A DNA stretch of 64,000 nt from Escherichia coli. Lineage in GTDB: Bacteria; Pseudomonadota; Gammaproteobacteria; Enterobacterales; Enterobacteriaceae. The notes beneath the pieces were generated by a model that was not told the origin of the DNA, did not search any database, and worked only from the letters and a program-made list of their open reading frames with translations. Every line of letters starts with the position of its first letter. Position 1 is the stretch's first letter. Positions 40,487 through 51,943 of this stretch are shown here, piece by piece. Both the position numbers and the translations under genes were made by a program. The stretch lies in NCBI RefSeq assembly GCF_044324785.1, contig NZ_CP172127.1. The stretch is one strand, 5' to 3'.

Positions 40487-41203
40487 ATGCAGACCCCGCA
40501 CATTCTTATCGTTGAAGACGAGTTGGTAACACGCAACACGTTGAAAAGTATTTTCGAAGCGGAAGGCTATGATGTTTTCGAAGCGACAGATGGCGCGGAA
40601 ATGCATCAGATCCTCTCTGAATATGACATCAACCTGGTGATCATGGATATCAATCTGCCGGGTAAGAACGGTCTTCTGTTAGCGCGTGAACTGCGCGAGC
40701 AGGCGAATGTTGCGTTGATGTTCCTGACTGGCCGTGACAACGAAGTCGATAAAATTCTCGGCCTCGAAATCGGTGCAGATGACTACATCACCAAACCGTT
40801 CAACCCGCGTGAACTGACTATTCGTGCACGCAACCTGCTGTCCCGTACCATGAATCTGGGGACTGTCAGCGAAGAACGTCGTAGCGTTGAAAGCTACAAG
40901 TTCAATGGTTGGGAACTGGACATCAACAGCCGTTCGTTGATCGGCCCTGATGGCGAGCAGTACAAGCTGCCGCGCAGCGAGTTCCGCGCCATGCTTCACT
41001 TCTGTGAAAACCCAGGCAAAATTCAGTCCCGTGCTGAACTGCTGAAGAAAATGACCGGCCGTGAGCTGAAACCGCACGACCGTACTGTAGACGTGACGAT
41101 CCGCCGTATTCGTAAACATTTCGAATCTACGCCGGATACGCCGGAAATCATCGCCACCATTCACGGTGAAGGTTATCGCTTCTGCGGTGATCTGGAAGAT
41201 TAA
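40487..41203 (+). CDS. arcA: Aerobic respiration control response regulator ArcA
   Basis: 238-aa [42 protein letters not shown]. Confidence 0.97.
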
Positions 41204-41220
41204 TCGGCTTTACCACCGTC

Positions 41221-41257
41221 AAAAAAAACGGCGCTTTTTAGCGCCGTTTTTATTTTT
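41221..41257. terminator. Bidirectional terminator between arcA and creD
   Basis: AAAAAAAACGGCGCTTTTTAGCGCCGTTTTTATTTTT: hairpin flanked by A-run and T-run. Confidence 0.65.
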
Positions 41258-41262
41258 CAACC

Positions 41263-42615
41263 TTATTTCCAGATACGTAATTCATCGTCCGTTGTAACTT
41301 CTTTACTGGCTTTCATTTTCGGCAGTGAAAACGCATACCAGTCGATATTACGGGTCACAAACATCATGCCGGCCAGCGCCACCACCAGCACACTGGTTCC
41401 CAACAACAGCGCGCTATCGGCAGAGTTGAGCAGTCCCCACATCACACCATCCAGCAACAACAGCGCGAGGGTAAACAACATGCTATTGCGCCAGCCTTTC
41501 AATACCGCCTGCAAATAAATACCGTTCATTAACGCCCCAATCAGACTGGCGATTATCCATGCCACGGTAAAACCGATATGTTCAGAAAGCGCCAGCAAGA
41601 GCAAATAAAACATCACCAATGAAAGCCCCACCAGCAAATATTGCATTGGGTGTAAACGTTGCGCGGTGAGCGTTTCAAAAACAAAGAACGCCATAAAAGT
41701 CAGTGCAATCAGCAGAATGGCGTACTTAGTCGCCCGGTCAGTTAATTGGTATTGATCGGCTGGCGTCGTCACTGCGACGCTAAACGCCGGGAAGTTTTCC
41801 CAGCCGGTATCATTGCCTGAAGCAAAACGCTCACCGAGATTATTAGCAAACCAGCTGCTTTGCCAGTGCGCCTGAAAACCTGACTCGCTAACTTCCCGTT
41901 TGGCTGGTAGAAAATCACCTAAAAAACTGGGATGCGGCCAGTTGCTGGTTAAGGTCATTTCGCTATTACGCCCGCCAGGCACCACAGAAAGATCGCCGGT
42001 ACCGCTTAAATTCAGGGCCATATTCAGCTTCAGGTTCTGCTTCCGCCAGTCCCCTTCAGGTAAAGGGATATGCACGCCCTGCCCGCCTTGCTCTAACCCG
42101 GTGCCGGGTTCAATGGTCAGCGCCGTTCCGTTAACTTCAGGCGCTTTCACCACACCAATACCACGCGCATCCCCGACGCTAATCACAATAAATGGCTTGC
42201 CTAAGGTGATATTTGGCGCGTTGAGTTCGCTAAGACGCGAAACATCGAAATCGGCTTTTAGCGTTAAATCACTGTGCCAGACCTGACCGGTATAAATCCC
42301 TATCTTGCGTTCTTCCACGTTCTGATTGCCATCAACCATCAATGACTCAGGTAACCAAAAATGGATAAAACTTCGTTTCCGCTCCACGGTTTTATCCTCT
42401 TCCTGCACCGTATAAAGCTCGGTCACAGGAATAGCGATGAGCGGCCCAACGAGTTTTTGCGGCCCGCTGGTACTTTGGCGAATCGCATCTTCCACATCGC
42501 TACGGTAATCAGCACGTTCGACAATCACCTGCCGAATCAGCATTATCGGAATCAACAACAGCAATACTGCACCAAACAGGGTGGTCATTTTCCAGAGCAG
42601 GGGGGATTTCAACAT
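41263..42615 (-). CDS. creD: Inner-membrane protein CreD
   Basis: 450-aa membrane ORF directly downstream of creC. Confidence 0.9.
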   Translation of the reverse strand: MLKSPLLWKMTTLFGAVLLLLIPIMLIRQVIVERADYRSDVEDAIRQSTSGPQKLVGPLIAIPVTELYTVQEEDKTVERKRSFIHFWLPESLMVDGNQNVEERKIGIYTGQVWHSDLTLKADFDVSRLSELNAPNITLGKPFIVISVGDARGIGVVKAPEVNGTALTIEPGTGLEQGGQGVHIPLPEGDWRKQNLKLNMALNLSGTGDLSVVPGGRNSEMTLTSNWPHPSFLGDFLPAKREVSESGFQAHWQSSWFANNLGERFASGNDTGWENFPAFSVAVTTPADQYQLTDRATKYAILLIALTFMAFFVFETLTAQRLHPMQYLLVGLSLVMFYLLLLALSEHIGFTVAWIIASLIGALMNGIYLQAVLKGWRNSMLFTLALLLLDGVMWGLLNSADSALLLGTSVLVVALAGMMFVTRNIDWYAFSLPKMKASKEVTTDDELRIWK

Positions 42616-42672
42616 AGTCTTCTCCTTTGCAATGGCAGCAGGATACGAAGGCTATGTGGGAAGAATTTGAAG

Positions 42673-44097
42673 CTATGTGAAGTGACGGTGAAGTCGAAGC
42701 GAAGCCAGCACGCCACCTTCCTGCACGTTGCGCAGCGTGACTTCGCCGTTAAACAAACGGGCGACCTCACTGACGAACGCCAACCCCAGACCGCTGCTTT
42801 TTTGCCCATTTGCACGCGGCAAAGAGTAAAAGCGTTCAAAAATACGTGAAAGCGCGTAGTCAGGAATACCACTACCGGTATCCAGCACCTTAAGCGTGAC
42901 GTGTTCCTGATCCACTTCGGCGCTTAGCGTGATGCAACCGCTCTCGGGGGTAAAATCGATGGCGTTATCCAGTAAATTTCCCAGCGCCTGCTCCAGTAAC
43001 GCCGGTTCAGCAGCAACATTAACCTCGGTGGGCGTAACATGCAGAGTGATTTTTTTTTCTGCCAACTGCACGGTGCGCGCTTCGCTGACGCGGCGAAATA
43101 ATGCCGCCACATCAACAGCAGTCAGAACGACTTCCTGACGATTCTCCAGTCTTGCCTGGCGTAGTAACGTTTCTACTAATGCCTGCATACGCGCATTTTG
43201 CGTCAGAATGTTGTCAGTAAAACGAGCCACCACTTCCGGCGGCGGACCTTCGCGTAAAATTTCCGCCGCGCCACGAATCGCCGCCAGTGGGCTTTTTAGC
43301 TCATGGGTTAACGCATAAACATACTGCTCAATATAGTTTTTCCCTTCCAGCTTCACGCGCATACTTTCCAGCGCCTGCGCGAGTTTACGCAGCTCGCTAC
43401 TACCGAGATCGGGGAGAGGAACGGGCTTATTGTCAGTGACGGAATCAGCATAGCGAGTGAGCCGGGCAATGGAGCGGTTGATCCACCAAACCATGCCTGC
43501 GCCAATCACCAGTGCAATCCCCAACAAAATGGCGCTGGCCCATAAAATTCGCCGCTCGCTGCGCTTAATGACCGGAGCCATCGCCGCGTTCGGTTTGCCT
43601 ACGCTCAAAACGCCAATAAGCCGCGAGCCGTCCATAATCGGCGCGGCAACATACATCACCGAACTTTCGGGATCGGCAGGATTTTGCAACGTGCTGCGCG
43701 CACCATACTGACCACGCAACGTTAGCCAGACGTCATTCCAGCGCGAATAATCCTGTCCAACGGCTTTATTTGCCGAATCGAACAATACTTTGCCCTGCGC
43801 ATCGGTCATATAGACATGATATTCATTGCGCACTTTGTTAATGCCACCGATATTGGCGCGAAACGGGCGATGCTGTAGCTGATTAAACGCCTGCGCCAGT
43901 TGCCCATGCGTTGGGTCCCCAGAGAGCAAATCGGGACGCGCCAGCTCCGCCAGCAACGTTGCGGTGTCGATCAACGTCCCCTCCGTTGCTCTTCGCACGC
44001 CCGGTTTAACTTCTTTGACAAAAATAGCCAGTACGAACCAGGCCGCCACCGCCACCAGTAAAAAATAGCCCAGCAGCAACCGCATGCCGATACGCAT
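42673..44097 (-). CDS. creC: Sensor histidine kinase CreC
   Basis: 474-aa ORF with histidine-kinase H-box (LTHELKSPLAAIRGAAEIL) and ATPase motifs. Confidence 0.93.
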   Translation of the reverse strand: MRIGMRLLLGYFLLVAVAAWFVLAIFVKEVKPGVRRATEGTLIDTATLLAELARPDLLSGDPTHGQLAQAFNQLQHRPFRANIGGINKVRNEYHVYMTDAQGKVLFDSANKAVGQDYSRWNDVWLTLRGQYGARSTLQNPADPESSVMYVAAPIMDGSRLIGVLSVGKPNAAMAPVIKRSERRILWASAILLGIALVIGAGMVWWINRSIARLTRYADSVTDNKPVPLPDLGSSELRKLAQALESMRVKLEGKNYIEQYVYALTHELKSPLAAIRGAAEILREGPPPEVVARFTDNILTQNARMQALVETLLRQARLENRQEVVLTAVDVAALFRRVSEARTVQLAEKKITLHVTPTEVNVAAEPALLEQALGNLLDNAIDFTPESGCITLSAEVDQEHVTLKVLDTGSGIPDYALSRIFERFYSLPRANGQKSSGLGLAFVSEVARLFNGEVTLRNVQEGGVLASLRLHRHFT

Positions 44098-44786
44098 TAC
44101 AGGCCCCTCAGGCTATATCCCATGCCGCGATGAGTATTAATCGGTGAAAGATCGGGGTTGATGGCGCGCAACTTGGCACGCAGCGTTTTAATGTGGGTAT
44201 CGACGGTGCGATCGTAGGTGTCCTGCGCATCTTCCCACACGCTATCCATCAGTTGCTGGCGGGACCAGACGCGGCCTGGCGACTTGAGTAACGTCTTCAG
44301 CAATAAAAACTCATACCGCGTCAGCGCTAATGGCGTGTCAAACCAGCAGATCTGCGCCGCGGGTTCATTCAATTCAAAATGTCCAATACGGATGACGGGA
44401 GACGGCATCGAGAATTTCTTCACCCGACGCAGTAAGGTGCGCACCCTGGCGCACACTTCGCGAGGTGAAAACGGTTTAGCCACGTAGTCGTCAGCGCCAA
44501 TTTCCAGCCCAAGCAGGCGATCGACCTCTTCACTTCGGGCCGTCAGGAACAGTACAGGTAACGCCGGATGGAGCACCAGTAACTGGCGGCACAATTCAAA
44601 GCCGCTAATATCCGGCAGACCAACATCGAGAATCATGACGTCGGGTACCTGCTGGCGAGCTTTATCCAGCACCGGCAAGCCTCGCTCAAAGACCTCGACG
44701 GCAAAACCTTCCTGCTGCAACATGTAGACCAGCGTGTCGGCTATCCCTTGCTCATCTTCCACTAACCAGACCGTTTCCCGTTGCAT
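44097..44786 (-). CDS. creB: Response regulator CreB
   Basis: 229-aa OmpR-family ORF MQRETVWLVEDEQGIADTL. Confidence 0.93.
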   Translation of the reverse strand: MQRETVWLVEDEQGIADTLVYMLQQEGFAVEVFERGLPVLDKARQQVPDVMILDVGLPDISGFELCRQLLVLHPALPVLFLTARSEEVDRLLGLEIGADDYVAKPFSPREVCARVRTLLRRVKKFSMPSPVIRIGHFELNEPAAQICWFDTPLALTRYEFLLLKTLLKSPGRVWSRQQLMDSVWEDAQDTYDRTVDTHIKTLRAKLRAINPDLSPINTHRGMGYSLRGL

Positions 44787-44798
44787 AAATCGCCTCTG

Positions 44799-45272
44799 TT
44801 ATTGCCGCCACGGCATGACAGGAACCGCGCTAATCGCGTTTTTCGGCGAACCTTCTACAACTTTGTCGGAGTAAGCCAGATAAGCGAGCGCGTTGCGTTT
44901 GGCGTCATAAAAGCGCACGACCTGTAACGACTTAAAGACCAGGGACGTGCGTTTTTTGAATACTACCTCGCCCTGAGCTTTGCCGTTTTTAATACGATCC
45001 GACAGTTCAATCGGCCCGACTTGCTGACAAGAAATGGCCGCATCGGAGGTATCTTCCGCCAGACCCAATCCCCCTTTAATACCACCGGTTTTCGCCCGGC
45101 TCACATAACAGGTGACATTTTTCACATCGGGATCGTCAAAGGCTTCCACAACAATTTTGTGATCCGGGCCGATCATTTTAAATACGGTGTCGACCGAACC
45201 AATCTCTTCTGCATGAGCCAATGGCCCCAGCATTATCAGGCTTAAAGACAGGATCAAATGCTTGTATTTCAT
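44799..45272 (-). CDS. creA: Periplasmic protein CreA
   Basis: 157-aa secreted ORF upstream of creB. Confidence 0.85.
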
Positions 45273-45482
45273 ATTGTTACCATTTTTATCTATTACACGA
45301 GCAATTAGTTCGTCACGGTAAATAACATATTGATTAAGAACAAAATCTCAATACTTTTATTTCCGTCAAGCCCTAAAACATACTCTACTAAGAAAAAAAC
45401 ACTGAATGCTAAAACAGCAAAAAATGCTATTATCCAATTACCTGATGTCAGGTGCTCGTTGTTGAAAGGATGAGGATATTTT

Positions 45483-46352
45483 ATGGATCAGGCCGGCATT
45501 ATTCGCGACCTTTTAATCTGGCTGGAAGGTCATCTGGATCAGCCCCTGTCGCTCGACAATGTAGCGGCGAAAGCAGGTTATTCCAAGTGGCACTTACAGA
45601 GAATGTTTAAAGATGTCACTGGCCATGCTATTGGCGCGTATATTCGTGCTCGTCGTTTGTCGAAATCGGCGGTCGCACTACGCCTGACTGCGCGTCCGAT
45701 TCTGGACATCGCGCTGCAATACCGCTTCGACTCTCAACAGACATTTACCCGCGCATTCAAGAAGCAGTTTGCCCAGACTCCTGCACTTTACCGCCGTTCT
45801 CCTGAATGGAGCGCCTTTGGTATTCGCCCGCCGCTACGTCTGGGTGAATTCACTATGCCAGAGCACAAATTTGTCACCCTGGAAGATACGCCGCTGATTG
45901 GTGTTACCCAGAGCTACTCCTGTTCGCTGGAGCAAATCTCTGATTTCCGCCATGAAATGCGTTATCAGTTCTGGCACGATTTTCTCGGCAACGCGCCGAC
46001 CATTCCGCCGGTGCTCTACGGCCTGAATGAAACGCGTCCGAGTCAGGATAAAGACGACGAACAAGAAGTATTCTATACCACCGCGTTAGCCCAGGATCAG
46101 GCAGATGGCTATGTACTGACGGGGCATCCGGTGATGCTGCAGGGCGGCGAATATGTGATGTTTACCTATGAAGGTCTGGGAACCGGCGTGCAGGAGTTTA
46201 TCCTGACGGTATACGGAACGTGCATGCCAATGCTCAACCTGACGCGCCGTAAAGGTCAGGATATTGAGCGATACTACCCGGCAGAAGATGCCAAAGCGGG
46301 AGATCGCCCAATTAATCTGCGCTGTGAACTACTGATTCCGATCCGTCGTTAA
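45483..46352 (+). CDS. rob: AraC-family transcriptional regulator Rob
   Basis: 289-aa ORF MDQAGIIRDLLIWLEGHLDQPLSLDNVAAKAGYSKWHLQRMFKDVTGHAIGAYIRARRL. Confidence 0.95.
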   Translation: MDQAGIIRDLLIWLEGHLDQPLSLDNVAAKAGYSKWHLQRMFKDVTGHAIGAYIRARRLSKSAVALRLTARPILDIALQYRFDSQQTFTRAFKKQFAQTPALYRRSPEWSAFGIRPPLRLGEFTMPEHKFVTLEDTPLIGVTQSYSCSLEQISDFRHEMRYQFWHDFLGNAPTIPPVLYGLNETRPSQDKDDEQEVFYTTALAQDQADGYVLTGHPVMLQGGEYVMFTYEGLGTGVQEFILTVYGTCMPMLNLTRRKGQDIERYYPAEDAKAGDRPINLRCELLIPIRR

Positions 46353-46996
46353 CGCTGCAGCTCATCTAATGCAGGGGCGTCCAGATGCGAGATGTCCCCT
46401 GCGGTTTCAACGACCCAGCCAGACGCCAGCCACAGGCTTTCCTGATAATCCACGCGCGAAATAGAACAGTTACGCAAACGTAAGCGACGCTCTGCCCATG
46501 CTGGTAATCCGAGAATCGTACTCACCAGGCATCCCAGTGCAATACCGTGGCTCACCAGCAGCGGTCGGCTTCCCTGCGGTAAGTCCCGGCAAGATTCCAG
46601 TGCCGCATTGACGCGATCGCTGAGCTCCTGCATTGACTCGCCTTCAGGAATACGCCCGTCAACGGTGCCATTGACCAGCTGCCGACGCCAGTTCTCTTCT
46701 TCTTCGGTCAGAGAATCGATATGTCTTTTTTCCAGCACACCCATGTTTAATTCACGCAGGCGAGAATCAAAGATGATGTCACAGCCGCAGGCCTGGGCGA
46801 TGATTTCCGCCGTACGCCGGGTGCGTCCTAAATCGCTACTGATGATATGCGTAATGCCAAGCTCTTTGGCACGGGTTGCCACCTGCATCGCCTGTTGCTC
46901 ACCTTTGGCGGTCAGCGGGCTGTCAGACTGGCCCTGAATACGTCGCTCGGCGTTCCACTGCGTTTCACCGTGGCGGACTAGGTATACCTGTAACAT
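46349..46996 (-). CDS. gpmB: Probable phosphoglycerate mutase GpmB
   Basis: 215-aa ORF MLQVYLVRHGETQWNAERRIQGQSDSPLT (histidine phosphatase motif). Confidence 0.9.
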   Translation of the reverse strand: MLQVYLVRHGETQWNAERRIQGQSDSPLTAKGEQQAMQVATRAKELGITHIISSDLGRTRRTAEIIAQACGCDIIFDSRLRELNMGVLEKRHIDSLTEEEENWRRQLVNGTVDGRIPEGESMQELSDRVNAALESCRDLPQGSRPLLVSHGIALGCLVSTILGLPAWAERRLRLRNCSISRVDYQESLWLASGWVVETAGDISHLDAPALDELQR

Positions 46997-47035
46997 GCTT
47001 TTTTTCCGTATACTGCTGTAACGTTAATTTTCTGA

Positions 47036-47898
<863 letters not shown>

Positions 47899-47972
47899 TT
47901 AGCGGGGGAAGCAAAATGCCTCCCCCGGTTGTACTCGCTAAAGAGTACGATAGCATATCATAAACGTGCGGA

Positions 47973-49910
47973 TCAGTAACGACGTCCCCATTCCGTGGCG
48001 CTCATCAATGTCGGTTTATCCCCCATGAAATAGCGGTAGTAAGCGTCATAAGCCAGCACGTTCTTCACATAACCGCGCGTCTCGGAGAACGGAATACTCT
48101 CGACAAATGCCACTGCGTCGATACGCCCGGCGCTGTTGCCAAGCCAGGTTCGCACCCGCCCTGGTCCGGCGTTATAAGCTGCTGAGGAGAAAATACGGTT
48201 ATTACCAAACTGCTGATAAACATATTGCAGGTAACTGGTGCCAATGTTGATGTTCGTTTCCGGATCCAGCAATTGTCCTGGGCTGCTATAACCAGGAATA
48301 GAGAACATCTTCACCGTATGGGTCGCCGTGCCCGGCATAATCTGCATCAGGCCGCTGGCCCCTACCGGTGATTTCACTTTCGGATTCCAGGCACTCTCCT
48401 GACGGGCAATCGCCATCGCATAGCTTTGCGGGATCTCCTTCCCACTGGTGTAACGTTTGAAAAGATCGTTGTAGGCCAGCGGGAATCTCTCTTCCAGATG
48501 ATCCCAAAGCTTCCCGGCGATCGTTGCCTGAACGCTAAGATCCCACCATTGGTTATTGAAAGCATACCGAGCCAGTTGCGCCTGCTCTGTTTTTGACTTG
48601 CTCTTCACCAGATTGGCCCACTCGCTACGCGCGGTATTATCGAGATTCCAGTACATCAACTCGCGCACGCGCGCCATCTCCGGCCCCTGAGTCAGGGCGC
48701 TGTCAACATTCTGCGGCGCTTTATCAATCTTCAGCTCATACTCTTCACCGATGCGTTGTGCTGCAACCATCGGGTAGAAACCACGCTGTTGCATGAGTTG
48801 ATGCAAAATCTCTTTTGCTTCAGCTTCACGTCCGCGTTCCAGCAGTAAATCCGCCTGCCAGTAACGCCATTCATCTTTCTCTTTCGCCTCCATCGGCAAA
48901 CGCGCCAGCCAGGTATTCAGGCCGCGACGATCGCCGGTGCCAAGCGCCATTCGCACACGGCGTTCAATAAGCGAAGTAGATTGCGAACGCATAATGGCGT
49001 CATCACGCCATTTCGCCTGTTCGTCGGTGACATCGTTGCCCATCAAACGCCAGGCGACGATATCGCGCAGCTCCTGAATCTGATCTTCATTAAGCTGCTG
49101 CGCCTGGGCAAGCGACGGGATCATCAGCCGTGCATTTTCAGCATCCTGCCGCGCCACACTGGCAAACGCCACCGCCGCCATTTGACGGGTAAAATCGGTC
49201 GCTCCGGTTGTACGCGCGAAGGTCAGTACCGTATTAGGATTGTTCGCCAATGAAATAATTGCCGAGGCGATAGTCTGGTAATCGGCAGGCATCTGCCCTG
49301 CCAGCACTGTTACGAGGCCAGTGTTACCCGCTTTCATCGCCAGACGGATACGCTCTAAATACGCCAGCGGATCTTGTTTACCTGACGCACGCCAGACGCT
49401 AAATAACTTGTCACAGGCGTTAGGCTGGCTCTTGCCGGTTAGCCACAGCTCTTTCGCCCCTTGCCAGGCTTCTTCACTCTGCCCGGTGTTCCATTTTGCA
49501 TAGTAGTAATTACATTGCGCTTCGGTAGTTCCGGGCTTTTCCGGGCTAAAGGCTAACAAGCCACGCCAGTCTTCACGCCGCGCCAGTTCATTGACGAAAC
49601 GAGATTGCAGCGTGCGAGCGGGAGGAAGCGTGGGGTTAGCGCGAACAAAGTTAGTGACCGTCACCGCCGGTTGATTCATCAGATCATCGGTGATCTGGCG
49701 GTATTCCAGGTAGGGATAAAGCGGATAATCCTTCAGTCCAGGCATCATTTGTTCGACCACATCCATCTGTCGATTATCCCAGGCCTGCTTGATTTGCGCG
49801 TAACGGCTACGCTGCTCATCCAGTGAGTCGGCTCGCGCCACGCTGCTGACCGTCAGCAGACAGACACCGGCAGCCAACAGCCGCCAGGTAACTTGTTTGG
49901 CTTTTTCCAC
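47973..49910 (-). CDS. slt: Soluble lytic murein transglycosylase
   Basis: ORF 47973..49940; probable GTG start giving (M)EKAKQVTWRLLAAGVCLLTVSSVARA (645 aa). Confidence 0.95.
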   Translation of the reverse strand: MEKAKQVTWRLLAAGVCLLTVSSVARADSLDEQRSRYAQIKQAWDNRQMDVVEQMMPGLKDYPLYPYLEYRQITDDLMNQPAVTVTNFVRANPTLPPARTLQSRFVNELARREDWRGLLAFSPEKPGTTEAQCNYYYAKWNTGQSEEAWQGAKELWLTGKSQPNACDKLFSVWRASGKQDPLAYLERIRLAMKAGNTGLVTVLAGQMPADYQTIASAIISLANNPNTVLTFARTTGATDFTRQMAAVAFASVARQDAENARLMIPSLAQAQQLNEDQIQELRDIVAWRLMGNDVTDEQAKWRDDAIMRSQSTSLIERRVRMALGTGDRRGLNTWLARLPMEAKEKDEWRYWQADLLLERGREAEAKEILHQLMQQRGFYPMVAAQRIGEEYELKIDKAPQNVDSALTQGPEMARVRELMYWNLDNTARSEWANLVKSKSKTEQAQLARYAFNNQWWDLSVQATIAGKLWDHLEERFPLAYNDLFKRYTSGKEIPQSYAMAIARQESAWNPKVKSPVGASGLMQIMPGTATHTVKMFSIPGYSSPGQLLDPETNINIGTSYLQYVYQQFGNNRIFSSAAYNAGPGRVRTWLGNSAGRIDAVAFVESIPFSETRGYVKNVLAYDAYYRYFMGDKPTLMSATEWGRRY

Positions 49911-50120
49911 AAGCGCATCCTCTAAGTGTAAATACATCAATGCAGCGTCATGCCGCGTAATAGATTTATGCTAACCAGTCATTGCCGTTTACGCCACGTT
50001 ACGGACACTTTTTTACTTTTATCGGGAGGGTGATCGACCGGCTGGGATTAGATAAGGAAACAGGCTACACTTCGCCTTTGAAAACTCATCATCACGATAA
50101 ACATAGAGGCGAAGTCCAAC

Positions 50121-51788
50121 GTGGCTCAATTCGTTTATACCATGCATCGTGTCGGCAAAGTTGTTCCGCCGAAACGTCATATTTTGAAAAACATCTCTCT
50201 GAGTTTCTTCCCTGGGGCAAAAATTGGTGTCCTGGGTCTGAACGGCGCGGGTAAGTCCACCCTGCTGCGCATTATGGCGGGCATTGATAAAGACATCGAA
50301 GGCGAAGCGCGTCCGCAACCGGATATCAAGATTGGTTATCTGCCGCAGGAACCGCAGCTGAACCCGGAACACACCGTGCGTGAGTCCATTGAAGAAGCGG
50401 TTTCTGAAGTGGTTAACGCCCTGAAACGCCTGGATGAAGTGTATGCGCTGTACGCCGATCCGGATGCCGATTTTGACAAGCTGGCCGCTGAACAAGGCCG
50501 TCTGGAAGAGATCATTCAGGCTCACGACGGTCACAACCTGAACGTTCAGCTGGAGCGTGCGGCGGATGCGCTGCGTCTGCCGGACTGGGACGCGAAAATC
50601 GCTAACCTCTCCGGTGGTGAGCGTCGTCGCGTGGCGTTGTGCCGCCTGCTGCTGGAAAAACCAGACATGCTGCTGCTCGACGAACCGACCAACCACCTGG
50701 ATGCCGAATCCGTGGCCTGGTTGGAACGCTTCCTGCACGACTTCGAAGGCACCGTGGTGGCGATTACCCACGACCGTTACTTCCTTGATAACGTTGCAGG
50801 CTGGATCCTCGAACTGGACCGCGGTGAAGGTATTCCGTGGGAAGGCAACTACTCCTCCTGGCTGGAGCAGAAAGATCAACGTCTGGCGCAGGAAGCTTCA
50901 CAAGAAGCTGCGCGTCGTAAGTCGATTGAGAAAGAGCTGGAGTGGGTACGTCAGGGAACTAAAGGCCGTCAGTCGAAAGGTAAAGCACGTCTGGCGCGTT
51001 TTGAAGAGCTGAACAGCACCGAATATCAGAAACGTAACGAAACCAACGAACTGTTTATTCCACCAGGACCGCGTCTTGGCGATAAAGTGCTGGAAGTCAA
51101 CAACCTGCGTAAATCCTATGGCGATCGTCTGCTGATTGATGACCTGAGCTTCTCGATCCCGAAAGGAGCGATCGTCGGGATCATCGGTCCGAACGGTGCG
51201 GGTAAATCGACCCTGTTCCGTATGATCTCTGGTCAGGAACAGCCGGACAGCGGCACCATCACTTTGGGTGAAACGGTGAAACTGGCATCGGTTGATCAGT
51301 TCCGTGACTCAATGGATAACAGCAAAACCGTTTGGGAAGAAGTTTCCGGCGGGCTGGATATCATGAAGATCGGCAACACCGAGATGCCAAGCCGTGCCTA
51401 CGTTGGCCGCTTTAACTTTAAAGGGGTTGATCAGGGTAAACGCGTTGGCGAACTCTCCGGCGGTGAGCGCGGTCGTCTGCATCTGGCGAAGCTGCTGCAG
51501 GTTGGCGGCAACATGCTGCTGCTCGACGAACCAACCAACGACCTGGATATCGAAACCCTGCGCGCGCTGGAAAACGCCCTGCTGGAGTTCCCGGGCTGCG
51601 CGATGGTTATCTCGCACGACCGTTGGTTCCTCGACCGTATCGCCACGCACATTCTGGATTACCAGGATGAAGGTAAAGTTGAGTTCTTCGAAGGTAACTT
51701 TACCGAGTACGAAGAGTACAAGAAACGCACGCTGGGCGCAGACGCGCTGGAGCCGAAGCGTATCAAGTACAAGCGTATTGCGAAGTAA
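50121..51788 (+). CDS. ettA: Energy-dependent translational throttle protein EttA (ABC-F ATPase)
   Basis: 555-aa ORF MAQFVYTMHRVGKVVPPKRHILKNISLSFFPGAKIGVLGLNGAGKSTLLRIMAGIDKD; two ABC domains; intact. Confidence 0.97.
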   Translation: MAQFVYTMHRVGKVVPPKRHILKNISLSFFPGAKIGVLGLNGAGKSTLLRIMAGIDKDIEGEARPQPDIKIGYLPQEPQLNPEHTVRESIEEAVSEVVNALKRLDEVYALYADPDADFDKLAAEQGRLEEIIQAHDGHNLNVQLERAADALRLPDWDAKIANLSGGERRRVALCRLLLEKPDMLLLDEPTNHLDAESVAWLERFLHDFEGTVVAITHDRYFLDNVAGWILELDRGEGIPWEGNYSSWLEQKDQRLAQEASQEAARRKSIEKELEWVRQGTKGRQSKGKARLARFEELNSTEYQKRNETNELFIPPGPRLGDKVLEVNNLRKSYGDRLLIDDLSFSIPKGAIVGIIGPNGAGKSTLFRMISGQEQPDSGTITLGETVKLASVDQFRDSMDNSKTVWEEVSGGLDIMKIGNTEMPSRAYVGRFNFKGVDQGKRVGELSGGERGRLHLAKLLQVGGNMLLLDEPTNDLDIETLRALENALLEFPGCAMVISHDRWFLDRIATHILDYQDEGKVEFFEGNFTEYEEYKKRTLGADALEPKRIKYKRIAK

Positions 51789-51876
51789 TGCGTAAAATGC
51801 CGGATGCGGCGCGCCAGCATCGCATCCGGTATTAGTTAAATGATTAGTCCCCGGAAAAAGGCAGAATTTTCTTTAA
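51015..51876. repeat. Direct repeat copy A (ettA 3' end + REP + antitoxin-gene 3' remnant)
   Basis: About 860 bp that recur, with scattered substitutions and one 13-bp indel, at 55917..56776. Confidence 0.8.
51798..51830. repeat. REP element downstream of ettA
   Basis: GCCGGATGCGGCGCGCCAGCATCGCATCCGG palindrome; duplicated at about 56683..56715. Confidence 0.5.
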
Positions 51877-51943
51877 GCGTATTAGCTCAGATGCGGACTG
51901 ACACCTCAAATCAAGCGGGAACTCATGGTTCCCGCTTAACGTT